Made by a program: the position numbers and the translations under genes. Below are positions 40,576 to 50,501 of a DNA stretch of 64,000 nt, piece after piece (position 1 is the stretch's first letter; each line of letters begins with the position of its first letter). Location of the stretch: NCBI GenBank assembly GCA_048938105.1, contig JBHLMN010000002.1, forward strand, positions 224,001 to 288,000, given 5' to 3'. The notes beneath the pieces are model-generated. The model saw only the letters and a program-made list of their open reading frames with translations. It did no database searches and was not told the DNA's origin. This DNA is from Promethearchaeota archaeon. Its GTDB lineage: Archaea; Asgardarchaeota; Heimdallarchaeia; Hodarchaeales; Hodarchaeaceae.

Positions 40576-40823
40576 ATTTTATAAAAATCCATGAAATTCG
40601 ATCAAATCTAGATAATATTTTCTGGTTTGGTGTCAATTCTTTTATATACTGATCGATAATCGTCTTGTTGATATTTCTTTTTAGATTGAGAACAAGTCAG
40701 TAGTTCTAAAAACTCATTAATGATTGAATTCATTAGCTCTTATCGGTGTCCTTTAGGATAAAATACGTCTATCCTCAGAATATGATTCACAATAGGCTTA
40801 TTTGGAAAAGAATTCAATAAAAG

Positions 40824-42026
40824 GTGTATCTTATGGCTTTTGAGTTTGATGAAGAGCAAGAAATGTTCAGAGAAAGTGTAAGAGAGTTTGGTGAAAGGAA
40901 TATTGGACCTCTTGGTCTCACAATGGAAGAAACCAAAGAGATTCCACAGGAAATAAAGAAAGGTATGGCAGAACTTGGGCTTCTTGCATGTACTGCTTCT
41001 CCAGAGTATGGTGGTTCAGGACTGAATGCTGTCAGTGCAGGAGTTATAGCTGAAGAATTAGGAAGAGCAGATCCTACAGGATCGATACCCGTGTTTTATC
41101 TCGTTCAGGCAGCTTGGGGCTTTTTATTAAACAAATATGGTACTGAAGAAGCAAAGAAGGAGATATTTCCAAAAGTAGTAAATGGAGATTGGTTCCTTGG
41201 AATAGCTACAACTGAAGCTGATGCTGGCTCAGATGTCGTTGGGACTTCAATGACAATAAAAAAAGTATCTGACGGATTCGTTGTCAATGGTGAAAAGATG
41301 TACATAAGTGGGGTACGTGAAGCAGCAACTGGTGGTGGAGGCCATGTTACTATAGCACATCAGACACCAGAGCGCGGCAGTAGAGGCATGACAGTATTCT
41401 ATTTTCCCTTGACCGCTGAAGGAGTCACACCTACTTATATTCCAGACTTGGGTAGAGAGGGTATATCCTGTGGCGGTTTTACAGCTGATAATGTCAAAAT
41501 TCCTAGCCATTATATTATTGGAGAAGAAAATAGGGGTTTTAATATTATTCATGAAGGATATGAATTTGCTAGAGCACTAATTGCAGTAATATGCGCATCG
41601 TCAGGCCTAAAATCTCTAGAGAATGGTATGAACTATATAAAAGAAAGAAAGACCTTTGGAATTGCAATTGGAAAGTATGAAGAAATTAACTTTAGATTAG
41701 CAGAACACTACACGAGGCTATGTGCATTAAGGGATTTGGGGTACAAAGCTTTGTGGTTTATCGATAGAGAACAAGAGGGTAAAGCAGGGAGATTTGAAGT
41801 AAGTAAAGCTGTTGCTATGGCTAAAATGTTTGCCTCTGATTGGGCTTGTGATGCAATAAATGATGTTATGCAGTGGCAGGGAGCGTTTGGTTATTCACGA
41901 GAGTGTGTTGATCAGGCCGCATGGAGAGCTGTGAGATCATTTGCTCTTGCAGAGGGATCTAAAGAAATCATGAAGATGATTGTTGCTAGAGAGCTACTTG
42001 GAAAAGACTTCATTGCTTATAAATGA
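40824..42026 (+). CDS. Acyl-CoA dehydrogenase
   Basis: TEADAGSD, NGEKMYIS, ERKTFG, GAFGY, EGSKEIMK. Confidence 0.9.
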   Translation: MYLMAFEFDEEQEMFRESVREFGERNIGPLGLTMEETKEIPQEIKKGMAELGLLACTASPEYGGSGLNAVSAGVIAEELGRADPTGSIPVFYLVQAAWGFLLNKYGTEEAKKEIFPKVVNGDWFLGIATTEADAGSDVVGTSMTIKKVSDGFVVNGEKMYISGVREAATGGGGHVTIAHQTPERGSRGMTVFYFPLTAEGVTPTYIPDLGREGISCGGFTADNVKIPSHYIIGEENRGFNIIHEGYEFARALIAVICASSGLKSLENGMNYIKERKTFGIAIGKYEEINFRLAEHYTRLCALRDLGYKALWFIDREQEGKAGRFEVSKAVAMAKMFASDWACDAINDVMQWQGAFGYSRECVDQAAWRAVRSFALAEGSKEIMKMIVARELLGKDFIAYK

Positions 42027-42058
42027 AGTTCCTTTTTTCTATTTTTTATTAGGGTAAA

Positions 42059-42871
42059 TTGAAAACAAAGCACAATGTGATAATTGTGAAATTCATTGTT
42101 TGTGTGAAACAGGTTCCCGATACCACAGAGGTTAAAGTCGATCCTAAAACCAATACACTGATCAGAGAAGGAGTTCCGTGTATATTAAATCCTTTCGATC
42201 AATTCGCACTTGAAGAGGCGGTCAGATTAAAGAAAGAGGGAGATAAAATCATTGTCATTTCAATGGGTCCACCCCAAGCAAAAAAAGAGTTGATGAAATG
42301 TCTTGCTCTTGGCGCTGATGAAGCAATTTTACTCTGTGATAGAGCTCTTGCAGGAGCAGATACATGGGCAACATCTTATACTCTTACTCAAGCTATTAGA
42401 AAGATAGGAGATTTCGATATAATTTTTTGTGGATATCAGGCTATTGATGGAGACACTGCTCAAGTTGGTCCAGAGCTCGCTGCTCAACTTGGTATCCCTC
42501 AGATCACCTATATAGAAAGTGTTGACGAAATTAGTTCAAGAAAATTAACAGCAAAATCTCAAACAGATGACGGTTATAAAATTGTAGAAGCAAAACTTCC
42601 AGTTCTGTTAACAGGAATAACTCCATCTGGATTTATACCTAGAAGTCCTCCCCTACCCAATATAATAAAAGCAAAGCAAAAACCACTTACCACGTGGACC
42701 ATCGATGATCTTGGTGGTGAAGAAGATATGTATGGCTTAGCTGGTTCGCTGACACAAGTCATACGGGTCTATACTCCTCCTGTACGTGAGAAAGGAGCCA
42801 TGATCACTGATGAGCCTAACATAGCGGTCGAAAAATTAATGGACATGTTAACTAAAGATAAGGTGATCTGA
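42059..42871 (+). CDS. etfB: Electron transfer flavoprotein beta subunit (bifurcating-type motifs)
   Basis: CVKQVPDT, NPFD, GADTWATS, AIDGDTAQVGP. Confidence 0.92.
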   Translation: MKTKHNVIIVKFIVCVKQVPDTTEVKVDPKTNTLIREGVPCILNPFDQFALEEAVRLKKEGDKIIVISMGPPQAKKELMKCLALGADEAILLCDRALAGADTWATSYTLTQAIRKIGDFDIIFCGYQAIDGDTAQVGPELAAQLGIPQITYIESVDEISSRKLTAKSQTDDGYKIVEAKLPVLLTGITPSGFIPRSPPLPNIIKAKQKPLTTWTIDDLGGEEDMYGLAGSLTQVIRVYTPPVREKGAMITDEPNIAVEKLMDMLTKDKVI

Positions 42872-44055
42872 TGATAAAGGTTAAGGAAGAGCTTTGCAAC
42901 CATTGTGGAAGTTGTGTTAAGGCATGCCCTTTCGGCGCTATAAAGATCATAAATCAAATTGCTGTGATTGGAGACGAATGTACACTTTGCGGTGCCTGCG
43001 TTCAAGTATGTAAAGCTTGCGCGATAGAAATTGAAAGAAAAGAGAAAGAGATTGATGTTTCACGTTATAAAGATATTTGGGTATTTGTCGAGATTAAAGA
43101 TAATAAGTTACGAAATGTCACATATGAACTACTTGGGAAAGCAAGACAACTTGCTGATGAATTAGGTGAAAAAGTTTGCGCGATTCTTCTTGGAAAGGAT
43201 ATTAAAAGATTCTGTAAAGATATTTCTGCTTATGGGGCGGATAAAATATTTGTAGCTGAAGATGACATTCTTGAACAATATTACACCGATCCTTTCGCAT
43301 CAGTACTTGTAGGATTGATAACTAAGTATGAACCTAATATTGTAATCTACCCTGCTACAAAAATTGGCCGAGATCTGGCACCCCGAGTCGCTGCATCTTT
43401 ACAAGTGGGTCTAACAGCGGATTGTACGGGATTATCGATTCAAGATGGCAGATTATTGCAAACAAGGCCAGCATTTGGTGGAAATATAATGGCTGATATA
43501 ATTTCAGTAACTAGACCACAAATGGCAACAGTGAGACCAAATGTAATGAAAAAAGGATCACCATACAAAGATAAGCATACTGAAATCATAGAAACACCCG
43601 TTAAAATAGATATTAAGGGAATTAGAACCGTAATAAAAGAAATTATTAGTATGAAATCCTCCGATGCGGTTCCTCTAGATGAAGCTGACATTATAGTCTC
43701 AGGTGGTAGAGGAATTGGCAGTAAAGAGAATTTCAAGATCATTGAGGAGTTAGCAGAAGTTCTTAATGCAGCAGTTGGAGCAAGTAGATCTGCGGTCGAT
43801 CTAGGCTGGAAACCTAAATCATTTCAGGTTGGTCAGAGTGGGACAACAGTTTCTCCAAAGATCTATATTGCCTGTGGGATTTCTGGGAAAATCCAACATC
43901 TTGTTGGAATGTCTGGATCAGATATAATTATTGCGATAAATAAAGACCCTGAAGCTCCTATATTCAATGTGGCTAATTATGGAATTGTTGGTGATCTAAA
44001 TAAAGTTGTACCACTATTGACAGAAGCATTAAGGAAGGAATTTGCTTCACGATGA
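42871..44055 (+). CDS. etfA: ETF alpha subunit with N-terminal 2x[4Fe-4S] ferredoxin domain
   Basis: CNHCGSCVKACPFGA, CTLCGACVQVC; GLTADCT, RPAFGGN, QVGQSG, GISGKIQH. Confidence 0.92.
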   Translation: MIKVKEELCNHCGSCVKACPFGAIKIINQIAVIGDECTLCGACVQVCKACAIEIERKEKEIDVSRYKDIWVFVEIKDNKLRNVTYELLGKARQLADELGEKVCAILLGKDIKRFCKDISAYGADKIFVAEDDILEQYYTDPFASVLVGLITKYEPNIVIYPATKIGRDLAPRVAASLQVGLTADCTGLSIQDGRLLQTRPAFGGNIMADIISVTRPQMATVRPNVMKKGSPYKDKHTEIIETPVKIDIKGIRTVIKEIISMKSSDAVPLDEADIIVSGGRGIGSKENFKIIEELAEVLNAAVGASRSAVDLGWKPKSFQVGQSGTTVSPKIYIACGISGKIQHLVGMSGSDIIIAINKDPEAPIFNVANYGIVGDLNKVVPLLTEALRKEFASR

Positions 44056-44114
44056 TATCTTCTAGAAAAATTTTTTCGAATTTAATATAATGAAATCAAA
44101 TTGAGTGGATTCTT

Positions 44115-45296
44115 ATGGATTTTGAATTGTCTGATGAACATGATATGTTAAGATCGTCAGTTAGGGAATTTGTTGAGCGTGAAATAACACCAAAGATTAA
44201 AGAATATGATAGAAACGAGGAATTTCTCCCCCCACTTGATGTAATGGGAAAAATGGGGTTGTTAGGTATCTGTTTTCCTGAAAAGTATGGAGGTGCTGGA
44301 ATGGATTACCTCGCACTAGCAATTGCATGTGAAGAGCTTGAAAGAGGAGATATATCGCTCCGAACTGTCCTCTCCGTACACATTGCTTTAACTTCATGTA
44401 CGATATATCAATGGGGAAATGATAAACAAAAGGAAAAGTATTTCGTGCCTCAAAATCATGGGAAAAAGATTGGAACGACTGCAATGACTGAACCATCCTG
44501 TGGATCAGATGTAGCAAATGTCACGACACGAGCAGAGAAACAAGGCAGCCATTATATTATTTCAGGTCAAAAAACCTGGATTTCACTATCTGAAGTTGCA
44601 GATAATTTCCTGGTCTTGACACGGACAGGAGAACCTGGTTATAGGGGGCTTTCGTTATTTATTATCGAAAGAGACTTTCCTGGTGTGACCACTACCTCTT
44701 TGCATAATAAATTAGGAACTCGTGCGGGAAACACAGGAGAGCTCTTTCTTGATAAAGTGGAAGTTCCTGAAGAAAATCTTCTTGGACATGAAGGTGAAGG
44801 TTTCAAGATTTGCATGTCAGCACTGGATAATGGTCGTTTTACTGTCGCTGCAGGTTCAGTAGGGACAATTAAAGCGGCCCTTGAAGCGTCAGTGAAATAT
44901 TCTCGGGAGAGAAAAGCATTTGGTCAAGAAGTTGGGAGATTTCAGTTGATTCAAGAGCATTTGGCTTATATGCAAGCTGCTTATGACGCTTCTCAATTAT
45001 TGGTGTACAAAGTAGCTTGGATGAAAAATCAAGGTAAACGTAACACACGAGAAACAAGTATGGCGAAGTGGTTTGCGACTACCCATGCTCTTGATGCAGC
45101 AAATAGAGCTATTCAGATACATGGTGCATATGGGTACACTAGTGATTATCCCGTTGAGAGACTATGGCGGAACGTACGGGGAGCGTGTATCTATGAAGGA
45201 ACAACCGAGGTTCAAAAGTTGATTCAAGGGTCATACATTTTGGGATATCGAAAATATAAACCACTTCGATGTGAGATGCCACCTTATGAACCATGA
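44115..45296 (+). CDS. Acyl-CoA dehydrogenase, candidate glutaryl-CoA dehydrogenase
   Basis: TEPSCGSD, GQKTWIS, HGAYGY, IYEGT; substrate inferred from context only. Confidence 0.8.
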   Translation: MDFELSDEHDMLRSSVREFVEREITPKIKEYDRNEEFLPPLDVMGKMGLLGICFPEKYGGAGMDYLALAIACEELERGDISLRTVLSVHIALTSCTIYQWGNDKQKEKYFVPQNHGKKIGTTAMTEPSCGSDVANVTTRAEKQGSHYIISGQKTWISLSEVADNFLVLTRTGEPGYRGLSLFIIERDFPGVTTTSLHNKLGTRAGNTGELFLDKVEVPEENLLGHEGEGFKICMSALDNGRFTVAAGSVGTIKAALEASVKYSRERKAFGQEVGRFQLIQEHLAYMQAAYDASQLLVYKVAWMKNQGKRNTRETSMAKWFATTHALDAANRAIQIHGAYGYTSDYPVERLWRNVRGACIYEGTTEVQKLIQGSYILGYRKYKPLRCEMPPYEP

Positions 45297-45391
45297 ATAT
45301 AAGAATATGGAGTTATGATTTCTGGAAAGCTTTAAATTATTTGAAATGAGAGTATTCAGGATCTAGAAAAAAAGCAAATGGGGGATAAATT

Positions 45392-46354
45392 ATGACTGCA
45401 ATTAGAGAACCAGGGAGGGTTACCGATAATGTCACGTTAATTGATTTTAAATATGAGGGAGTAGCAGGTGTTGGTGGGGTTTATTTAGTTGAAGCTGGTG
45501 AAAATTGCTTGATAGATACTGGTTCCAAAGATGGCGCGGTTCATGTTGTTAAAACATTAAAAGAAATGAATGCTTTTCCACCAGACTACGTAATAATAAC
45601 CCATTCCCATTGAGATCATAGTCAAGGTGTCCCCTTGTTACGAAAAAAAGCAAAACAAAAACAAAAATCTTTTGAAACAATTGCTTCAGAGAAAGCAATT
45701 CCTTTACTTGAAGATCAATCTTATAATGAAGTACTGAAGTCAAAACGTTTTGAAAATATAAAAGACGTTTCTCCACTAAAAGAGGGTGATATCATCGATT
45801 TTGATGGGCTTAATCTGAAGGTTATTGATGTTCCTTGACATAATAAAGACCACATCACGCTCCTTGATGAAAATAACAAGAATATTATTCTGGGTGACTC
45901 AATAGGAATTAAGGTGGGAGATAACGCTTTTCTGTCTCCAATTATGCCTACTTTTTGGAACACAGATGATTATCTCAAAACAAACGAGAAATTAAAGAAA
46001 ATCGATTTTGAGAGTGTTTGTTTAAACCACTTTGGATATATTTATGGAGACGAGGCGATTAATATTCTAGAAGAATCCCGTAAATCATACGAGTAAGAGT
46101 GGGAAGTTTATGAGATTGCTGAACAAAATGGTAAACTAGATGATTTAGATTATATCGTTGATCTTGTCATGAAAAAGATGAATTCAGTGATTCCTGAGTT
46201 GCGAATAGAAAAATTCATGATGAGATTCATGTTGGGATTTATTAATTTAATAAAAAAGCTCGCTCGAAAGGAACTTTTTACTGTTGCAAATATTTTGCTT
46301 AAACAAACTCTCGAGATGAAGGTAAAAGGATATAAGATTTCTAAAAGTATCTAA
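45392..46354 (+). pseudogene. MBL-fold hydrolase gene with three in-frame stops and no frameshift
   Basis: Four track ORFs share one frame: LIDTG...THSH*DH...VP*HNKDH...LGDS...LNHFG...YE*EW; stops TGA 45611, TGA 45836, TAA 46094. Confidence 0.85.
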
Positions 46355-46486
46355 AACTAGTAAATTTTTGAAAGTTTGATTGAGATTTTCTTATTCCAGT
46401 TTTTATTTAATAAATATCATTCTCTCAAATTTTTGTATCGCGATGTAAATATTTAAATAATTGTCGCGTCACAATAAAATTAGGAA

Positions 46487-46672
46487 GTGAATGTGGAAGA
46501 TATGAGAAAATTACCTTCAAATGATGAAATATTGGCTGACACAATCGCTGATTTATCAAAAACAATCCAAATGTTTATGCAATCTGTTATTTTTCATCTA
46601 AATTCTTTAGAAATGAGAATTAATGATATTAGCGACGAATTGGGGTCCCTGAAGGAAGGAAGAAAAAACTAA
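46487..46672 (+). CDS. Small acidic coiled-coil hypothetical protein
   Basis: 61 aa with heptad pattern LNSLEMRINDISDELGSL. Confidence 0.55.
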   Translation: MNVEDMRKLPSNDEILADTIADLSKTIQMFMQSVIFHLNSLEMRINDISDELGSLKEGRKN

Positions 46673-46697
46673 ATTAAAGAAAGCTTAGAGGAGTTCG

Positions 46698-47042
46698 ATG
46701 ACTAAGAAAAAAAAGAGTCGAGGACGTCCACGTAAATATGCTTCTGATGCAGAACGGTCAAAAGCTTACAGGGAGCGGAAAAAGGCCAAAATCATGCAGC
46801 TAGAACAACAAGCAAGAGAATTGAAGAAAAGAATTCGCAATATGAAGGGATTGAAACAGGCACTTAATCCTGAAATTGAAAAAAAGATTAGTACTTTTTT
46901 ATTTGGATTCCTATGTAGAATAGACGGAATTGATTTTTCAGATAATAATAAAATGGAAGCTCGAAAGAAATTAGAGAATCTATTGGAAACTTATCAGGAA
47001 ATCAGAAGTTTTTATGAAACTCCTTCTGAAGACGAAATATAA
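46698..47042 (+). CDS. Basic-region/coiled-coil putative DNA-binding protein
   Basis: KKKSRGRPRKY then AERSKAYRERKKAKIMQLEQQARELKKRI; GAGGAG SD. Confidence 0.7.
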   Translation: MTKKKKSRGRPRKYASDAERSKAYRERKKAKIMQLEQQARELKKRIRNMKGLKQALNPEIEKKISTFLFGFLCRIDGIDFSDNNKMEARKKLENLLETYQEIRSFYETPSEDEI

Positions 47043-47197
47043 GAATGATTAATGATTTTCATTGACTTTTTGAAATCCTTTTGACCTTATTTTACGCAAT
47101 TCATCCTTCAATTTCTTTATGAAATTTGAGGTAATCATAGAATTTTTATGATGTAGTAAATATCATCTTTCCTACTTAAATCCCAATCTTTGGAAGG

Positions 47198-48307
47198 ATG
47201 AACACTTTGAAGAATCATGATCTTTGGAAAAACGAGTATTTTGGAACTGATCCTCCCTGTATAACATATGAACTCAAACCATTAGTCACTCCTCAAGGTG
47301 AGGTAATAGAAGAGCTCTATTCAGCATGGATAATTTTGAATAATCCAGAACAATATAATTCTTACACCACACAAATGGTCAAAGGTGTCATTGCAGGCTT
47401 TTCACAAGCGTCAATGGATAGAAAGGTTGTTTGTGTTGTTTTTACTGGTGCTGGTGATCGATCTTTTTGCAGTGGTGGTAATACAAAAGAATATGCAGAG
47501 TATTATGCTGGAAGACCAAATGAGTATGGTCTCTATATGGATTTGTTTAACGGTATGGTTGATGCAATCTTAAACTGTAAAAAGCCTGTAATATGTAGAG
47601 CAAATGGTATGAGGGTCGCAGGAGGGCAGGAAATAGGGATGGCTGCTGATTTAACTATTTCAGCAGATACAGCGGTCTTTGGGCAAGCGGGGCCACGTCA
47701 TGGCTCAGCACCAGATGGGGGTTCAACAGATTTTCTACCTTGGATGTTAAGTATAGAAGATGCCATGTATAATTGTGTTTCTTGTGAAATGTGGAGCGCA
47801 TATAAGATGAAAAGGCTTGGATTAGTCACCAAAGCTGTACCAGTGCTTAAAAAGGACAATGGGCAATTTATACGCAATCCAACAGTGTATACAGAGAGTT
47901 ACGTCAAAGATGGGGAAATCATATATGGAGAATTTCTTACTGGGGAGGAGTATAAAAAGGGAAGAGAGGTAATGAAAAGTTGTAAAATCGATTTATCTCC
48001 CCTCGATAACGCCTTGGATGAAATTATATGGACTTTTACTAATCTATTCCCAGGATGTTTGATGAAATCCATTGATGGAATTCGCATGAAAAAGAAATTT
48101 TTCTGGGATCAGACAAAGCTTGCAAACCGTCATTGGTTATCAGTAAATATGATGACGGAGGCTTTGTTAGGATTCAGGGCTTTTAATGAACGAAAACAAA
48201 CTGGAAAGGATGTAATTGACTTCATAAAATATCGCAAACTTGTAGCTAAAGCTCATTTATTTGATGAAGATCTAATTAATTCTGTTCTCCCTAAACCTAA
48301 GGAATGA
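47198..48307 (+). CDS. oah: 6-oxocyclohex-1-ene-1-carbonyl-CoA hydrolase (BzdY/BamA)
   Basis: LNNPEQYNSYTT, FCSGGNTKEYAEYYAG, NGMRVAGGQEIGMA, GQAGPRHGSAPDGGSTDFLP. Confidence 0.93.
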   Translation: MNTLKNHDLWKNEYFGTDPPCITYELKPLVTPQGEVIEELYSAWIILNNPEQYNSYTTQMVKGVIAGFSQASMDRKVVCVVFTGAGDRSFCSGGNTKEYAEYYAGRPNEYGLYMDLFNGMVDAILNCKKPVICRANGMRVAGGQEIGMAADLTISADTAVFGQAGPRHGSAPDGGSTDFLPWMLSIEDAMYNCVSCEMWSAYKMKRLGLVTKAVPVLKKDNGQFIRNPTVYTESYVKDGEIIYGEFLTGEEYKKGREVMKSCKIDLSPLDNALDEIIWTFTNLFPGCLMKSIDGIRMKKKFFWDQTKLANRHWLSVNMMTEALLGFRAFNERKQTGKDVIDFIKYRKLVAKAHLFDEDLINSVLPKPKE

Positions 48308-48313
48308 TTTTTA

Positions 48314-49522
48314 ATGAGATTTGAAAACACTTATGTACCTTATGGTTGTTTTTGGTCTACGCCGTTTTTACGATGGCAAGGCAACTTTTCCAGTTTACAT
48401 GCCATTCCATTTGCAGCTGAAATGACAACCAGGACTTTAAATGATCGTAATATATCTCCTGACACTTTTGATTCAATTTACCTTGGTATCACCGTACCTC
48501 AAAAACATAGTTTTTATGGTCAAACGTGGTTTGCTGGTTTGATAGGAGTTCCTGAAATTACAGGACCAATGATTGCCCAAGCGTGTGCAACTTCTGCCAG
48601 AGTCATTGCTAGTGCTGCTTCTGAGCTCGAGACTAGTAGAGATTCTGACAGATGTGTCTTAGCTGTAACTTGTGATCGTACTAGTAATGGTCCTCATATT
48701 CTATATCCCAATCCCCTTGCTTCTGGAGGGAAAGCAGATTTTGAAAATTGGGTTTGGGATAACTTCGGCTATGATCCTTATGCTAAAAATCCTATGATTC
48801 AAACCGCTGAAAATGTTGCCAAAGAAGCAGGAATAACTAGAGATGAACAAGAAGAAATGGTATTATTGCGCTATAAGCAGTATAATGATGCATTAAAAGA
48901 CAATTCCTCGTTCCTTAGGAGATTTATGATCTCGCCTATTGAAGTGAAATCAGGGAAGAAGACTATAGCAACTGTTGAAGGTGACGAAGGAGTTTTTCCT
49001 ACAACTTCAGAAGGCCTTGCGAGGTTGAAACCTGTTTTAAAAGGAGGTACAGTCACATATGGAGCGCAAACTCACCCCTCAGATGGTAATTGTGGAATGA
49101 TTTTGACATCTAGGGATAAAGCCCAAGCTTTAAGCCTTAATAAGGATTTTGAGATCCAAATTTTATCTTTTGGACAAGCTCGAAGCAAAAAAGGCTTCAT
49201 GCCAATGGCTCCGGTTCCTGCAGCGAAAAAAGCCCTTGAATCAGCTCAGCTCTCGGTTGAAGATATTAAATGTACTAAAATGCACAATCCCTTTACTGTA
49301 AATGATGTTTATTTCAGTAGAGAAATGGGAATAGCTCCAGAATCAATTAACAATTATGGTTCTTCTCTCGTATGGGGGCATCCTCAAGCTCCTACAGGCA
49401 TGCGGCTTATCATTGAGCTTATTGAAGAACTTACACTTAATAACGGTGGGTATGGGCTCTTCACTGGATGTTCTGCGGGTGATTCTGCAGCTTCAATTGT
49501 GATAGAAGTCGTTAAAGTATAA
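48314..49522 (+). CDS. Thiolase (candidate 3-oxopimeloyl-CoA thiolase)
   Basis: QACATS, HNPF, WGHPQAPTG, GCSAGD; 6 nt after oah. Confidence 0.85.
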   Translation: MRFENTYVPYGCFWSTPFLRWQGNFSSLHAIPFAAEMTTRTLNDRNISPDTFDSIYLGITVPQKHSFYGQTWFAGLIGVPEITGPMIAQACATSARVIASAASELETSRDSDRCVLAVTCDRTSNGPHILYPNPLASGGKADFENWVWDNFGYDPYAKNPMIQTAENVAKEAGITRDEQEEMVLLRYKQYNDALKDNSSFLRRFMISPIEVKSGKKTIATVEGDEGVFPTTSEGLARLKPVLKGGTVTYGAQTHPSDGNCGMILTSRDKAQALSLNKDFEIQILSFGQARSKKGFMPMAPVPAAKKALESAQLSVEDIKCTKMHNPFTVNDVYFSREMGIAPESINNYGSSLVWGHPQAPTGMRLIIELIEELTLNNGGYGLFTGCSAGDSAASIVIEVVKV

Positions 49523-49542
49523 ATTTCTAAAAAGGAAAATTA

Positions 49543-49570
49543 GGGCAGGATCTTACGCAAAGAGCTGCCC
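49543..49570. terminator. GC-rich hairpin between convergent genes
   Basis: GGGCAG-GA-TCTT-ACGCA-AAGA-G-CTGCCC in an AT-rich spacer. Confidence 0.45.
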
Positions 49571-49589
49571 AAACGAAAAATTTTACTGT

Positions 49590-50483
49590 TTACCTGAACG
49601 AACGCGGTTCAGGAGGTTTTTGAGAATAATCATAAAATCCTTTACCAGTTTTTCTCCCAAAGTGACCAGCACGAACCATCTTCCGTAATAATGTCGGAGC
49701 CCGATATTTTGAGTCTTGGAATTCAGAATACATATAATCCGCAATGAAAAGTGCAGTATCAAGGCCTACGAAATCTAATAGCGTAAGAGGCCCCATTGGA
49801 TGATTCAAGCCTAAAGTAATTGCTTTATCAAGATCCTCTACAGTAGTAACTCCTTCCTGAATCGTGAAAATCGCTTCCAATAAGAATGGGAGGAGAAGGC
49901 GATTAACTGCGAACCCTGGCGCTTCATTGACTAAAACAGTTTCCTTCCCTAATTTCTTCGATAGGTCATCGATAAATTTGTATGTTTCTTCTGAAGTATC
50001 ATACCCCTTAATGATTTCTACTAAACGCATAACGGGAACAGGGTTGAAAAAATGCATTCCAATGAATTTTTCTGGTCGTTTTGTGGCAGATGCCATATCT
50101 GTGATGGATATAGACGATGTATTCGAGGCGAAGATGCATTCAGGTTTACAAATCTCATCTAATTCGGCGAAAACTTTTCTTTTCAAATCTCTATTTTCAA
50201 TAATTGCTTCAATGACAATATCTGCGTTAAATGCTGCAGCTTTTAGATCAGTTGTACCTTTAATTCTACCAACAATTTCATTCATCTTTTCTTGTGTCAT
50301 CTTTCCTTTACTTACTCCGCGAGATAGATTCTTTTTAATGGTATTCATACCATTATCCACAAAACGATCTTCAATATCTCGCATAGCAACTTCGAATCCT
50401 GCTTGAGCACCTGTCTGAGCGATACCGTTACCCATCAGACCTGCACCCATTACGCAAATCTTTTTCACATCTTCAACTTTCAT
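49590..50483 (-). CDS. hbd: 3-hydroxybutyryl/3-hydroxyacyl-CoA dehydrogenase
   Basis: GAGLMGNGIA, ASNTSS, GMHFFNPVP, NHPMGPL. Confidence 0.9.
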   Translation of the reverse strand: MKVEDVKKICVMGAGLMGNGIAQTGAQAGFEVAMRDIEDRFVDNGMNTIKKNLSRGVSKGKMTQEKMNEIVGRIKGTTDLKAAAFNADIVIEAIIENRDLKRKVFAELDEICKPECIFASNTSSISITDMASATKRPEKFIGMHFFNPVPVMRLVEIIKGYDTSEETYKFIDDLSKKLGKETVLVNEAPGFAVNRLLLPFLLEAIFTIQEGVTTVEDLDKAITLGLNHPMGPLTLLDFVGLDTALFIADYMYSEFQDSKYRAPTLLRKMVRAGHFGRKTGKGFYDYSQKPPEPRSFR

Positions 50484-50501
50484 TTTAATGTTACTTCCTA
50501 T

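Noticed and set aside
45392-46354. Selenocysteine insertion or genome-wide TGA recoding
   Set aside because: The stops are at Trp/Gly positions and one is TAA; TGA ends many intact genes in this window; no SECIS recognised
49864-50406. 180-aa antisense ORF (and similar ones at 4044, 23094, 32490, 43440)
   Set aside because: They lie opposite well-conserved genes and show no motifs
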